Origin: Candidatus Bathyarchaeota archaeon
GTDB taxonomy: Archaea > Thermoproteota > Bathyarchaeia > Bathyarchaeales > Bathycorpusculaceae
Direction: 5' to 3'
Assembly: GCA_963775465.1 (NCBI GenBank)
Contig: CAVZIW010000009.1
Coordinates: 1 to 64,000 of the forward strand
Length of the DNA stretch: 64,000 nucleotides
Shown: piece after piece, positions 42,724 to 55,490 of the stretch
Numbering within the stretch: position 1 is the stretch's first letter
Layout: the number at the start of each line of letters is the position of its first letter
Notes under the pieces: generated by a model
What the model was told of the DNA's origin: nothing
What the model saw: the letters and a program-made list of their open reading frames with translations, nothing else
The model's database searches: none
Made by a program: the position numbers and the translations under genes

Positions 42724-43448
42724 TGTCAGCAAGAGGATACTTGGAAACACAAAAACAAAAGTCAAAGTAGAGTTCTTATTTAACCCTAATGAACTCACTA
42801 TAGAAAAGTCAAACCAGTTTGCTGAAATCAGCATACCAGGACTTCCTTCATCAACTTTTCAGTTTGTAAAAGGGGGTTCAAGGACCTTGAATTTAGATCT
42901 TTTTTTTGACACCTATGAAAAGCGAACTCTCCGACAGACTGGAGAGAAGGGAAGCATCAAAAATGAGGGGGGCAACGTTATTGAGGCAGGAACAGACGTT
43001 AGAGTATTCACAGATCAAATCACGGGCTGGGATACAGGACCAGTGAATAAAACTAAGTCTGATCCCAGGACTTATGGATATAAATGCTGCACTTCATGCT
43101 CCACCTATTTGCAATTTTGTGTGGGGATCTTTCCGATTTCCATGCTTCGTGGAGAAAGTAACAAAAAAATTTACGTTGTTTCTGCCAACAGGAGTGCCAG
43201 TACGTGCAACTCTCAACATATCTCTGCGAGAATATATAGAATTAAAAGATCAGCTCGCAGAAACACCCTCTCGAATCTTTGACAAGACAAAAGTTTGGAA
43301 AGTTAAGCAAGGCGACACACTCTGGCTCATCGCAGAGAAGGAGTATGGCGACCCAGCTCTCTGGAGACCCATAGCTTCATCCAACAAAATTTCTAATCCA
43401 CGTGAACTAAAACCCGGCATAGAACTTATTATTCCTTCACTGGAGTAA
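42723..43448 (+). CDS. CIS tube-initiator protein with LysM domain (Afp7-like), frameshifted
   Basis: FLFNPNELTIEKSNQFAEISIPGL..QFVKGG..LDLFFDTYE; APPICNFVWG; LysM VKQGDTLWLIAEKEYGDPALWRPIA. Confidence 0.88.
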
Positions 43449-43452
43449 AAAT

Positions 43453-44531
43453 ATGACTTTCATCAATAGTGTAAAGACATACGGCAACTTTTATGTTCCT
43501 AGATACCAGATCCTAATTGGAAAGAAAGACGTTTTGAAGGATCTTAAAATGGAAGTCTTAAATTTAAGTTTTGAGGAGGCGATAGATGAATTTCAACGCT
43601 TTTCATTTTCAGTTAATTTTCCACGTTCAAAATGGGTTGATGAAAAACTCTTTGAGCCAGGTGAAGTTGTTGAGGTAAAAATGGGTTATGCGAACAATAC
43701 TAAACTCATGATGGTTGGAGAAATGGTTGCCGTTGAGCTGCAACTTTCCCGAAAGCGGTACTCCACAACTCGAGATTGGCGGGTATGATCTTTCATATCA
43801 GTTAACGCGAATAAATATGCATAACACTTGGCATGATACAAGAGCAAGCACAGTGGTTAAAAAGCTGTTGTGTGATCCTCTGCTAAGAAATAAATTTGAA
43901 GTCAATTCCAACATTACCGAGACGGATATTGTACGAACGATTGTTCAAAATGGTCAGACACACTATCAATTCATAAAGGAATTGGCAAAGCAAAATGCTT
44001 TTCAGCGTTTACGTTAAAGAGGATAAACTATTTTTTGGTCCAGCCGAAAAAGCCAAAGAAATCTTTGAGCTGGAATATGGTAAGTCTCTATTGAGTTTCA
44101 CTCCAGAAATTAACACCGCAAATCAGGTAGGCAGCGTTACTGTAATTGGATATGAACCTAAGAAAAAGAAAGCCGTTGTGGGAAAAGCTGAAAGAAAGCC
44201 AGACAAGCCGGGAAAAAATGGAGTTTGGATGGAGAAAATTGTTGGAAATGTTCGGGTTAAAGTAACAAATAGATCGGCTACAAATAAACAACAGGCATCT
44301 ATGCTCGCGAAATCGATCCTCGAAGAGTCTTCTGCTGGACTTCTAAAAGGAAGCGCGAAAAGCATAGGAATCCCCGATATAAGAGTTGGAACTAAAATAA
44401 GACTAAGTGGACTCGGGGATACCTTTAGTAGAAAATATTTTATAGAAAAAACAAAGCATAGTATTGACACGTCGGGATACAGTACCGACTTCAGTGTTAG
44501 GAGGGATTTTAGTGTCAATGTTTCCAGTTGA
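43453..44531 (+). CDS. Phage late control D / baseplate hub protein (gp27-like), frameshifted
   Basis: NFYVPRY, VEVKMGY, LEYGKSLLSFTPEI, GIPDIRVG..LSGLG..FS..YFIEKTKH..GYSTDF. Confidence 0.85.
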
Positions 44532-45133
44532 AGAAAAAAGTGGGATAATTCATGGGGTCGTTATTGGCATTGTTACTAACAACAACGATCCTGAGGGGAT
44601 GGGCAGAGTCAAGGTCAATTTTCCTTGGCGGGATATTAAGGATGAAAGTTTTTGGGGCTAGAATTGCAACTTTCATAAGAGTGGAAATGAAAGAGGCTCA
44701 TATTTCTTGCCAGAGGTTGGAGACGAAGTATTAGTTTCGTTTGAGCAGGGAGTGTCCATTAAGACCTTATGTCTTAGGTGCACTCTGGAACGGCAAAGAC
44801 AAGCCCCCCGAAACAAACACTGATGGAAAAAATTGATTGAGTCTATTAATAAAATCAAGAAGTGGACACAAAATTGTATTTGACGATAGTGAGAGTAAAG
44901 AAAAAGTTGAAATTCTCACAAACTCTGGGCATCAAATAGTTCTTAACGACTCCTCAGGAGGAGAAAAGATGGAAATCAAAGACAAAACTGGAGCTAACCT
45001 CATAGTTATTGATTCAATTCAGAATACTTTGCAAATAAAGAGCCAAATGAAAATAAGCATTGAATCACAAATTATAGAAATAAAAGCTGGAGCCACTCTG
45101 AACCTTCAGGGAGGGCTTATTAAGATAAATTGA
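44518..45133 (+). CDS. Baseplate spike protein V (gp5 OB-fold), frameshifted
   Basis: GVVIGIVTNNNDPEGMGRVKVNFPW, FLPEVGDEVLVSFEQG, IKSRSGHKIVFDD and GGLIKIN*. Confidence 0.9.
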
Positions 45134-45144
45134 GAGGGAATATT

Positions 45145-45436
45145 GTGCCACCTGCAGCCAGAGTCGGGGATACCACAAGTCACGGTTCACCATTGGGTCC
45201 GGGTCCAGGAAGCCCAAATGTCCTAATTGGGGGAATGCCTGCTTGGCGTGCAACATGTGATTTTCATGTCTTGCCCTTTGGCGGATGTTAAAGGTCCCCA
45301 CGTTGGCGGAATAGTAGCAATAGGCAGCACAACTGTTCTGATCAACAATCTTCCTGCTGTTCGAATGGGCGACATAATAACTGAGAGTACTCCTAACACC
45401 ATCCTAACTGGGTGTTTCAAAGTAATAATTGGTTGA
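45145..45436 (+). CDS. PAAR-domain spike tip protein, frameshifted
   Basis: GTG start MPPAARVGDTTSHG..GPGSPNVLIGGMPAWRA; then GSTTVLINNLPAVRMGD..GCFKVIIG*. Confidence 0.9.
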
Positions 45437-45445
45437 GGTTGAAAA

Positions 45446-45839
45446 ATGTCGAAAAAATTTTTGGGAACAGGCTGGAAATTCCCAGTACAAGTGGATAAAA
45501 AATACGGGAAAATAGCCTTATCAAAATATGAAGATGACATAAGAGAGGCTATATGGATAATCTTGGGCACTGCCAAAGGTGAAAGAGTGATGCGCCCGAG
45601 TTTTGGTTGCGGAATCCATGAAATGGTTTTTCACACTTTAAATATGGAAAATTTGAGTGTGATAGAAGAACAGTGCAGAAGCTGTGACACTTTATGAACC
45701 GAGAATAGAGATTGTCAGGATTAAAATAAACCTTGATCAAGCTCAAGCTGGAAAACTCTTAATCGATATTGATTATAAAGTCAGATCGACAAATAATCAG
45801 TTTAACTTCGTTTATCCTTTCTATCTAAATGAGGGTTAA
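45446..45839 (+). CDS. GPW/gp25 baseplate protein (Afp9-like), frameshifted
   Basis: FLGTGWKFP, ILGTAKGERVMRPSFGCG, then YEPRI...NFVYPFYLNEG*. Confidence 0.9.
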
Positions 45840-45843
45840 AATA

Positions 45844-48800
45844 ATGTTGGCTCCCAAACTTTATAATAGAGATCTCAAAGCAATTCTGAAAGATCTCGTA
45901 ACTCTATACAACAAGTTTGTGCCAGAATTAAAGCAGGAGGATCTGGATGCTGGCAGCGCCCTTCTGCGTATTTTCGCTCATATCGCAAATAAAACATTAA
46001 TTCGACTTAACAATGTACCTGATAAAGCGTTTTTTGAGTTTCTTGATTTGCTTTGGACGGAGCTTCATCCGCCCAGACACTTCCCGTGTTCCAATTAAAT
46101 TTTATTTAACTGCTGAAACGGTGAAATTATTCTTCTCATCCCTGAGAGAACACAAATTGGAACATTGCCCACAGCGGCTCATCCCCCTATCATTTTTGAA
46201 ACAGAAAAGAATTTGACCGTAACTTCTTCTCAGCTCAAAAGAGTAATCTCGATCGATCCTTTTCAGAATGCAATATTTGATCACACTTCAGAGCTTGAAA
46301 AAGGAGTAACAGAATTGTTTGTAGCTTCACAACATCCTCAACATATTCTATTCTTAGGCCATAAATTCTGTTCAATCTGAAGAAGAAAAGGGAAGTCGAC
46401 AACGTAAAGATACTTCTGAAAGATCTGCCTAGTGACAAAAATCTTACCTCAGACAAGATTGTTCGGAGATACTGGGGATTTGATTCTTCAACAAGAGAGA
46501 GCGGGTGGCTACCCCTTGAGAGGTGTCTTAATGAATCGGGAAGTTCTGAAGTGATAGTTTTGTGACTGCCCTGCTCGCTCCGAGTCTAAGCCAATAAGTA
46601 TTGATCCATCTGTGAATGACGTGGGCTATTCGGATGTTTTGAAGGAAGTCAATAACCTTGGGATTGAAGGGGATGTTTTTTGGATTCGCGCCACAGCGGC
46701 AGGCTTTGATCTAAAACAAAAAACCTTGCCGACGGTGGAGTCAATTCAAGCAGCTGCAGTGGCTTGTATTTTCCCTGATTTGGCTTTTTACAATGATGTC
46801 CCCTTGGGTGTTGACGGATCTTTTTATCCTTTCGGTACCACTCCAATGGTCTACGATAAATTCTATATTGGAAGTCAAACGGCATTTTCAAAAAAGAAAT
46901 CATTGGTTCACATCAATTTTGATTTAGCTCCGTTGGAGCGCCTAACTGACAACCCAACGGTTCCTCAGTTATCTTGGGAGTACTGGAATGGAAAAGGTTG
47001 GACCAGACTTTGAAACATTTGCTTACGGTCTCAAAGCAAATAGGGGAGAGTTGAGGTTTGAAAGTTCTGGAAGTGTTTCATTTGCATGTCCTGTGGATCT
47101 TGAAAAAACTGAGGTTAACGGCAAAGAAAACTATTGGATACGAGTGCGACTCATCGGTGGAAATTACGGTACCGCTTCTTATACTCCTAATGGAAAAATG
47201 TCTGTAAATTCAATTAAAGCCCCAAAGATTTTAAAAATAAGTATCAACGTTAACATTGACCAAGACCACTTCTACCCTTTGGAATATTGCATTACTAAGA
47301 ACAATCTCAACACTTTAAGTGTTGACCTATCAAAACCTTTTCAACCTTTTCAAGTTTTAGATTCACAAGAATCAATTATTTGTCCGGATTTGACAAGCCC
47401 TTCTCCAATGGCCGAATTAGTCTTTTCTTCTCTTTGACGAAGCAAGAATACATTGAAAATTCAAAGCCTTATTTTGCATAGAGCTACTGTGGAAATCGAA
47501 ACGGCGACAATTGTTGCATCGCATTGCAATTACTTGATAGTACTGAAAACTTGACTGAAAGCGGTGCGATAGAGTTTGTGGGACCAGCAAATATGCTTAA
47601 GAGCAGAAAGTTTAGTCAAGAACTTTATTGGATAAAAGCTGAAGTTATGAATGAGAACAGGTTTCAACCTTTCGATAAAACTCTTGTTGAATATGTAAAA
47701 AAATACTCTGAAAATAGGTTTGAAACGAACGCTCATATAAAGAAACTTAATGATTTTCTCTTGGAACGAGGCTTAAAAAGTTTTGATGCAAGAAAATCTC
47801 TCTCGTACAATTTGAATCAAATGAAGAAAGCCAGCAGGAATCTATGAGTTTATTTCCATCAATTTCAACATTGACTTACTTTCATCCAAAACTTTCAATC
47901 CCACATGAAATGAAAAATACTGCAGCTCCTAAAGTCCAATCTATACATACTAATACTACTTGGGCTATTCAAACATCGTCGCTTTTAGATGAAGTCTTAG
48001 GCTTGAGCACACATTCCCGAATGAGCAGTTCTTTTTCAGTCAATCCCCCGTTCTGTCAGAAACAATCTGGGTTCGAGAACAATACGTGAATGATGAACAA
48101 ACTCTTTCCGAGAATGATAGTTCCATCGTAAAAATAAACAAAAAAGAACAGTGGGTAAAGTGGATGAATGTTTCTAATCTCTTGGATTCTCATGAAAGTA
48201 GTAGGCACTATATGGTGGACAGGATCGGGGAAAGATACAGTTTGGCGATGGAGTAAATGGCAAGATCCACCAACTAAAAGTGAAATAAAAGCTAGGGATC
48301 AGACAGGGGGAGGGTTGATTGGTAATGTGAAAGCTGGAGAAGTGAAAAATCTTCGATCTTCAATAGCTATGATTGAACGTGTTGAAAATATTGATTCTGC
48401 TCAAGGCGGACCTCATGGCGAAGGCGAATTGTGTTATTTAGAGAAGGGTCCAAAGATGCTTCAGCATAGATTTCGAGCAGTTGCCAGCGAAGATTATGAA
48501 TGGTTAGCTAAGGAAGCTTCGCCGCAGTTGCACGTGCAAAATGCATTCCCAATGCCAATGAGACGGGAGAATTTTCTCCTGGTTCCGTTGTGGTTGTTGT
48601 TGTTCCCAAGAATAATGAAGAAATGCCTGTTGCTTCTCCTGAGTTAATGAAGAGTTAAAGACTATCTGAAAAATCATTGTCCTGCTTCAACATCAACAGT
48701 AACAATAACCTCTGCAGCTTACTACCAAATTTCTGTCCAGCTGACGTTTTTGTTACCTCTTCTAGTTTGGCTTCTGAAGTTAAATTCAACACAATTAGAC

Positions 48801-49063
48801 GCCTTCAAGAGTTCTTACATCCGATTAGAGGGGGAATTGAGGGTAAAGGATGGCAAATTGGGAAAATGCCTGGGAAATCTGATATAATGGCATTTTTCCA
48901 GAGCATTCTCAACGTGGATCACGTAGAAGGCTTGTCTGTGACACTAATTGAAAATACTACGGGAAAGTCACTTGAATTGGAAGATGCTCTTCAATTGCCA
49001 GAGTACTTTTTGATATGCAGCGGAAATCACACAATAAATGTCAAGTTGGAAAAGGAGATGTAA
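45844..49063 (+). CDS. Large baseplate J-like protein (Afp11-like), many frameshifts
   Basis: RLNNVPDKAFFEFLDLL, FYPFG, LSWEYWNGKGW, YWIRVRLIGGNYG, RFRAVASEDYEWLA, FLHPIRGG.EG.GW and LICSGNH. Confidence 0.8.
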
Positions 49064-49066
49064 ATA

Positions 49067-49941
49067 TTGACGATAAAGACCAGCCATCCTGATAGAAGTT
49101 GGGGCTTGACTGTTCCAAAACTTGACGACGTTACTTTTGCTGGATTAGTTGAGGATGCTAAAAAGTCGATACCTCAGTTCCACCCGAATGGACTGCTTAC
49201 AAATTGCATGATCCAGGAATTACGATTATTGAACTTTTGGCATGCATAGTTGAAACGGAGAATTTTGAACTAGATCAAGTAACTGAAAAATACGGCGAGA
49301 AGCTTTCTTCGTCTTTTAGGTCAGGAGCCTCAAAAAGGTGAAAAGCTGAAAGTAGCAAAGTTGAGGGCTCAGATGGATTTGAGAAAGCTTTTATAGGGCT
49401 GTAACCTTGGAAGACTTTGAGCGTTTAGCTGTTGAAACCTCAAGTGTCGATATTGCTCGTGCTAAGGCTTTTTGGAGTGAGGATATAGTACAAATTGTTG
49501 TTTTGCCTGAGTCATTGAGAACTAAAAAAAAAGCAACAAGAGGCGATGTCCGATTTTGAGGTGAAAAGAAGAGTCTGCCGTCATTTGGATAAGCGCCGTA
49601 TTTTGACAACTCTCATCGAAGTGACTTACCCGGAATACATTGAAGTGTCTGTTCAAAATGGGGTGAAGATAAAGCATAACGCTTGGAAAAATGGAGTTGA
49701 GCAAAGAGCAAAAGAAACTTTGCAGAGATCTCTTCGAATCCATTTCGATGGCCTTTTGGAAGAAATGTTTATGCTTCTGAGGTAATCGCAACAATTGAAA
49801 ACGTTGATGGTGTAGAATTAAAGCTTTAAGATTTGGAGTTAAAAACTGATTCAGAATGGACTGAGGAAGTATTTGTTACTAGGAAAGAATGCTTTAACAA
49901 AGTATGATCCCTCAAAAGATACATGGAGTTTTAAAGCATGA
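49067..49941 (+). CDS. Second, shorter baseplate J-like protein, frameshifted
   Basis: PKLDDVTFAGLVEDAKKSIP..PEWT..HDPGIT; RAVTLEDFERLA; LDKRRILTT. Confidence 0.72.
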
Positions 49942-50926
49942 CAGAAAGAAAAAAAATTAGGATACCAAATGATTGGCAAGAAACGGAAATAGGGGCTCAA
50001 ATTGCACAGAGAATTGATAGCCAAATTCCTATGTGCTCGTGGCATAGGCTCCTGATTGTTGCTAAAGTCCCAAAGGAGCTGCAAACAAGTTATATTATTA
50101 CCGATGACCTCACAAAGGCTACCCGACAACATGAGTGGGTTGTTCTTGAAAAAAATCAGATGGAAGCCAATCTCTTCGAACCAGGGGAAGGTATCTTTTA
50201 CTAAAGTTTGCGACTGCATCTAAAGGCAAGCATGAACTTCAGACAATAAAGTATGTAAGAGTCTATTTGCTCGAGAAGAAATATTGAATATCTGCCCGCC
50301 GTTTATCAAAATGAGTCCTATGATGAAGATTTTATTAAAAGGTACCTTTCAATATTTGAAGAATTTAATCAGAAAATAGAACATCGAATACAATCAATAT
50401 CAGCAATTTTTAGTGCTCATCAGACTCCAAGTGATTTTCTTCCTTGGTTATCGACTTGGGTGGGTTCGATAAAGGATGGAATTGGCCTAAGATAAATGGA
50501 GAATTTTTCTTAGCAGAGCCGCTGTTCTCTATCGACGAAGAGGAACTAAAGCGAACTGGAAAGATTTTGAAAATATATACTGAAAGACGTCCGTTTGCTA
50601 TTGTTGAACGTGCTCTACTGAAGCATGGAAGCGAAGATTTGAAAAAGACGTTGGATGTTTTGTTTGGAGGCAAATATTCATTCTGCGTTTTGCTCAGGAC
50701 TGAGCAATTGAAATCCGAAAAAGATCAAAGAGTGATAACTCGGATAATTATGACAGAGAAGCCAGCACATACTGAAGGTGGCTTCTCGTTGGTGGAAGAT
50801 CGCATAAACCTGGATTGGAATACGTACCTTGGAATCAATACATATCTGGTAAAGCCTGCAACAGGGATGTACGTTGGCAAAGCTCACATATCAATTGATA
50901 CAGTACTTGGTCTTAAAGCAGGCTAA
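49938..50926 (+). CDS. P2 gpI-like baseplate/tail protein, frameshifted
   Basis: YLPAVYQ..FIKRYLSIFE, FLPWLSTWVG (alternate frames), EKPAHT and YLGINT. Confidence 0.7.
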
Positions 50927-50989
50927 GCTTTGATTCACATAAATCTTAAATAAATTTAGAGGCAATATAGTTGATCTTGAGGATTTGGA

Positions 50990-52623
50990 ATGGCAGATAA
51001 TACAAGTAAGGTAGAAGATATTACATGTGAAACGTTTCCTCCTTTCCAACGTAATAATTATTTTTATGGCAAATTATTGTCTGTCAAAGATTTTAAGATG
51101 GAACAGCAGTATTTCATCAACAAGAATCGATTATCGAATTTGTTTATTCATGGTTCTGGAGTGGTTTGTGGTCTTCATGTATCAAAAAGTAGTAGTCACG
51201 AATTAAAAATATCCAGAAGCCTGGTGTTGCTCTTGATTCATGTGGGCGTGAAATTATTGTTTCTGAAGAGCATATTGTGGATTTAAACAAAGAACTTCCA
51301 AATCCGGTGAGTCCAGCTAAGATTTATTTGAAGTGCGAAATCGAAGGCAGAGATCTTACAACGAAAGTTTTGAAATCCTCCACCTATGCTGATGAGAGTT
51401 GCTTCAGTACTATAGAGGAAAAATTTAGAGTTGAGGTTGAGTCTGCACTCACTCAAACTTCTGGATACGCAGAACGTTTGGAGCGTGAAGAGGAGCTCTA
51501 GACGTTAACGAAAAAACTTTTGAGGATTCCTCAATTGACGATGTGTCTTTACTTCTGACTCAACCTGAAGTTTCAACTGAGAATCTTAGTTTTGCTCCAT
51601 CTCGCAAGAAGGAACTGTTCTATGTAAAGGGCTGTCCATCTTCTAACGAAAAGAGAGTTTTGTTAGGCCATGTTTTTTTCAGTGTCGACAAAAAAGGATT
51701 GGTAAACATAGAACATGTATCCAGCAATAGACCAATTGTTTACAGCAATGATACTCTTTTCAGATTGATAAAGTATCTTGAGCGAGAGATTAACCCTGTT
51801 GAAGCAGGGCTTCCAGCTGTTCAAGGTGTAGGTTCGGAAACAGGATCTGACTTTTAGCTCAACTGAAGAATGGGTTGATAATCTTAACAAGGGTTTCAAA
51901 ATTACGTTCAATAGACCAATGAAGAAAAAGACAAAAAACAGAGATACTTTGAGTTTGTTTCTGGAAATAACGAAAATTGACCTAGGAACTGTTGAAGCAG
52001 TGACTCAAAGTGTTCCCTTTGTCCGCATTGAGATTCGGAGGGTCGCCATTCCAATAGACTTTCGAGCTAACGATGGACGAATCGTAGAATTTGCTATTAA
52101 CCAGTCTTCACTGGAACCGATGGATTACTTCTTGATTGGAGGACTTGACAAGCTACTTGTTGGCAACATTGATAGCCCCTTAACTAGTATTAGGGGTTTT
52201 AAACTCAGGTTGATTGTGCAGGTAAATGGCGATTTTGTGTGCAGTGATGAAGAAGAAAGCAAATGTTTGGATGGCAACTTTCTCAGAGCTAATTTTCCTA
52301 CAGGAAACGGGGTTGAAGGTGGCACATTTGAAAGCTGGTTTAGCTTAAAAGCTCTGCCTAAGCCACCTACCATCGAGGTGTTCAGATCGGTAATCGCGAA
52401 TATTATAACTGATCCTCAACTTGTGCAAAATCTGATCAAGAAAATTAAGCCAAGAGGATCACCTACTGTAGGGGACTTGGCAAAATCGAGTTCAAAAGAT
52501 CTATCGAGGAAACTTAACGTTTCAGATAGCAATACGATAAGGTCGATCAGTGAAGTTATTATCAAAGCGAAAGAGTTTGAGGCTAATTACACCAACATTA
52601 AAGAAGTAATTTCAAAATACTAA
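50990..52623 (+). CDS. CIS tail-fibre/baseplate-anchor-like protein with C-terminal helical (HhH-like) domain, frameshifted
   Basis: FQRNNYFYGKLLSVKDFKMEQQYF...HGSGVVCGL at the N-terminus; LDGNF..PTGNGVEGGTFESWF near the C-terminus. Confidence 0.65.
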
Positions 52624-52721
52624 GTATTAAGTCAAATCACCTCTTCATAAGTACTTAAGATTCAAATCGAAAAGGATCATTGGAATTCATGGAAGGATTA
52701 GAATTCGAGATTTGATGAAAT

Positions 52722-54817
52722 ATGACGGCTCACTCAGAGAGTTCTTCAGGAAACAACAAAAGAACAGACTACTATAGAACTAATATTGAGCATATCTTGG
52801 ACGAACTCTCAAGAATCGACTTACTTGTAAATCACCACATAAGAAACTGGCGGAAAAATAGTAAGAATATTGATTTTCCGGGATTGTACATTTCTGAAGA
52901 AGAAGTAGACGCAATCCTAAGCAAGAAAAAACCGGTTCTCCCAGAATTGCCCGAAGTCGAAGAGGCAAAACGAAAAATTGCTGAAAAGAAAAAAGCCTCT
53001 CTCCAGAGAGGCATCCCTTTGAGGCTGGAGATGCTCAGAGAATTAATTGATCTTAACGAGTTTGAAATTGAAGCAGTGTTGATTGTTTTAGCTTGGAAAT
53101 AACTTAAAGTATTCGAAACTCTTTGCATACCTTCAAGATGATGTTACCAAGAAAAACCGACAGTTGGATTAATCCTAAAACTTCTTTGCCATTCCAGAGA
53201 GGAAGCTATTGCTACTAGAAGATTTTTTGAATATAATTCACAACTTATAAAGAATTTGATTTTTCAACAAGAAAAAGGCTGTCCACTTCTTGAAAAAAGC
53301 CTAATGATTGACGAGCGCATAGTAGAATTTTTACTGGGTGACGACACACTGGATTCAAATATTGTGTCATTTGCTTCACTTAGCAAACCTGAAACAAGTT
53401 TTGATGAATTAATGTTACCTAATGAACTAAGACAACAACTTGCAAAAATTTGTGATTCAAGCTTCAATTCTGAATTTTTGTTATTGATGCAGAACTCTGC
53501 TTTGGACTCAGAGGTTTGTCAAGCTTTCTGTAGTAGAGCAGAAATTGCCCTTCTAACGGGACATTTAAAGTGGATAAAACCGGAAACTTTGGAAATCAGT
53601 ATTCGAAGATTCTTCAGAGAAGCAAGATTACATTCTGCAGCAGTCTGCCTAGATGGTTTGGATGATATTCCAGAAGATGCAAAGCCGCCTATTCTGAAAC
53701 AAATTGAACAGTTCGAAGGCAGACTTTTCGTTCACAGCGAATCAAATCTCTCTTTAAAAAAAGAAGCTATTCAGTTAGCAATTCCGGCATCAACATTCAT
53801 GAGTAGAAAGAAGATGTGGCAATCTCTCATAGGAAATTCCAAAGATGCTACTGAACTTGCGACAAAATTCCGATTTGGAAAAAGCAAGGCAATTGCGGCA
53901 ATAAATTGTGCTAAAATTTAGCTAGAGCAAGAAACCCTAAGAACCCTAAGACAACACTTGAAGATTTTTATGATGGTTGCAAAGCACAGACTATAGGTAT
54001 TTCATCAGCGGCTAAAATAATTCCGAGATACGGTTGGTCGGATATAGTTTTGCCCGATGACAAAAAAGAGCTACTTCGAGAAATCTGTAACTATGTAAAA
54101 CACTATGCTACAGTTTATGAGACTTGGGGGTTTGACAAGCACAATCGTGGAAAAGGATTAAATGTCTTGTTTTCCGGTCCATCTGGAACTGGCAAAACAA
54201 TGGCTGCTGAAATTCTTTCGGGTGAACTATACCTTGATCTATATAAGATTGATTTGTCAATGGTTGTCAGCAAATATATAGGAGAGACAGAGAAGAATCT
54301 GAACAGAATCTTTAAGGACGCCGAAGAAAGTAATGTGGTTTTGTTTTTTGACGAGGCAGATGCAATGTTTGGAAAACGTAGTGAAGTAAAAGATGCTCAC
54401 GACAGATACGCTAACATAGAAATCAACTATTTACTCCAGAAAATGGAGGAGCATGAAGGTATTGTTATTTTGGCAACTAATATGCAAAAGAACATTGATG
54501 AAGCCTTCCTGAGAAGAATGAACTTTATCGTAGAGTTTCCATTCCCTTCAGAAGAATATAGGTTGGCAATATGGAAGAGAGTCTTCCCAGCGCAGATGCC
54601 TCTAGATAAGAAAATCGACTACGAATTCCTCTCTAAGCTACAAATCAGCGGAGGTAGTATAAAGAACATTGGGCTAACTGCAGCGTTTCTGGCTGCCGAG
54701 TCTTCTAGCATAGTAAAGATGCTATACATAGTTAAGGCTGCACGCAGAGAATTCGAGAAAATTGGCAAAGTCTATGGGAAGGAAGAATTCGGTAAATATC
54801 TCAATTTGATTAAGTAA
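52722..54817 (+). CDS. CIS-associated AAA+ ATPase (Afp15-like), frameshifted in the N-terminal half
   Basis: LFAYLQDDVTKK; Walker A GPSGTGKT; VVSKYIGETEKNL; Walker B LFFDEAD; FGKRSEVKDAHDRYANIE. Confidence 0.92.
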
Positions 54818-55490
54818 CGCTTGTTTCTTAAAATGTTTATCAATTATAGCCTCATTAGTTTAAAGAAAGACATTTTCAAAGCTCTGTCGGCATAAGATTC
54901 AAAATTGAAATAACCCTCTACCGAATACCTCTTTGTTCATTATTATCGTTTAAGAATTACTGTATAAAAAAAGCTTCATTAGTAACGCGAAAAATTTCAA
55001 ATGTGCCTGAGAAGAAAGCCCACCGAATCTTTGGATCTTTAAGAACACAAAACGGAAGTATAGGGAGAGAATGAGAATGATTGTAACACATGCTGCAGGT
55101 AGGGGAACGATTGATAAATGTGTGATTGAAGTTAGTGTAGAAAAAACAAAGTTTATGCTTGAGACGCTTTTTAAAATAAATCAGAGAAGGAAAAAAAGTA
55201 AACTTAAATGATTATTTGCATCTCACGTGTTTTCGTATTTGAAACATGTTTCATTAGCTAAAGCATAATTTGTAGAATGTTCGTGTTTGTAAATGGGATT
55301 TTAATAAGGGCATTTACGCATTTTATAGTTAAAATTAATTAATAAAAACAATGGAAAAAAAATTGTTTCTGCTTAAATTAGGGCATTGCTATGGGTCATA
55401 AGAACTATGAAGCAAGTGTTAATGCTGCCTTTTGTGCTTAAGGGCTAGGTCCTCGCCTAAGAATTTCAGGGAAACGAGTCACTTAGCAAG

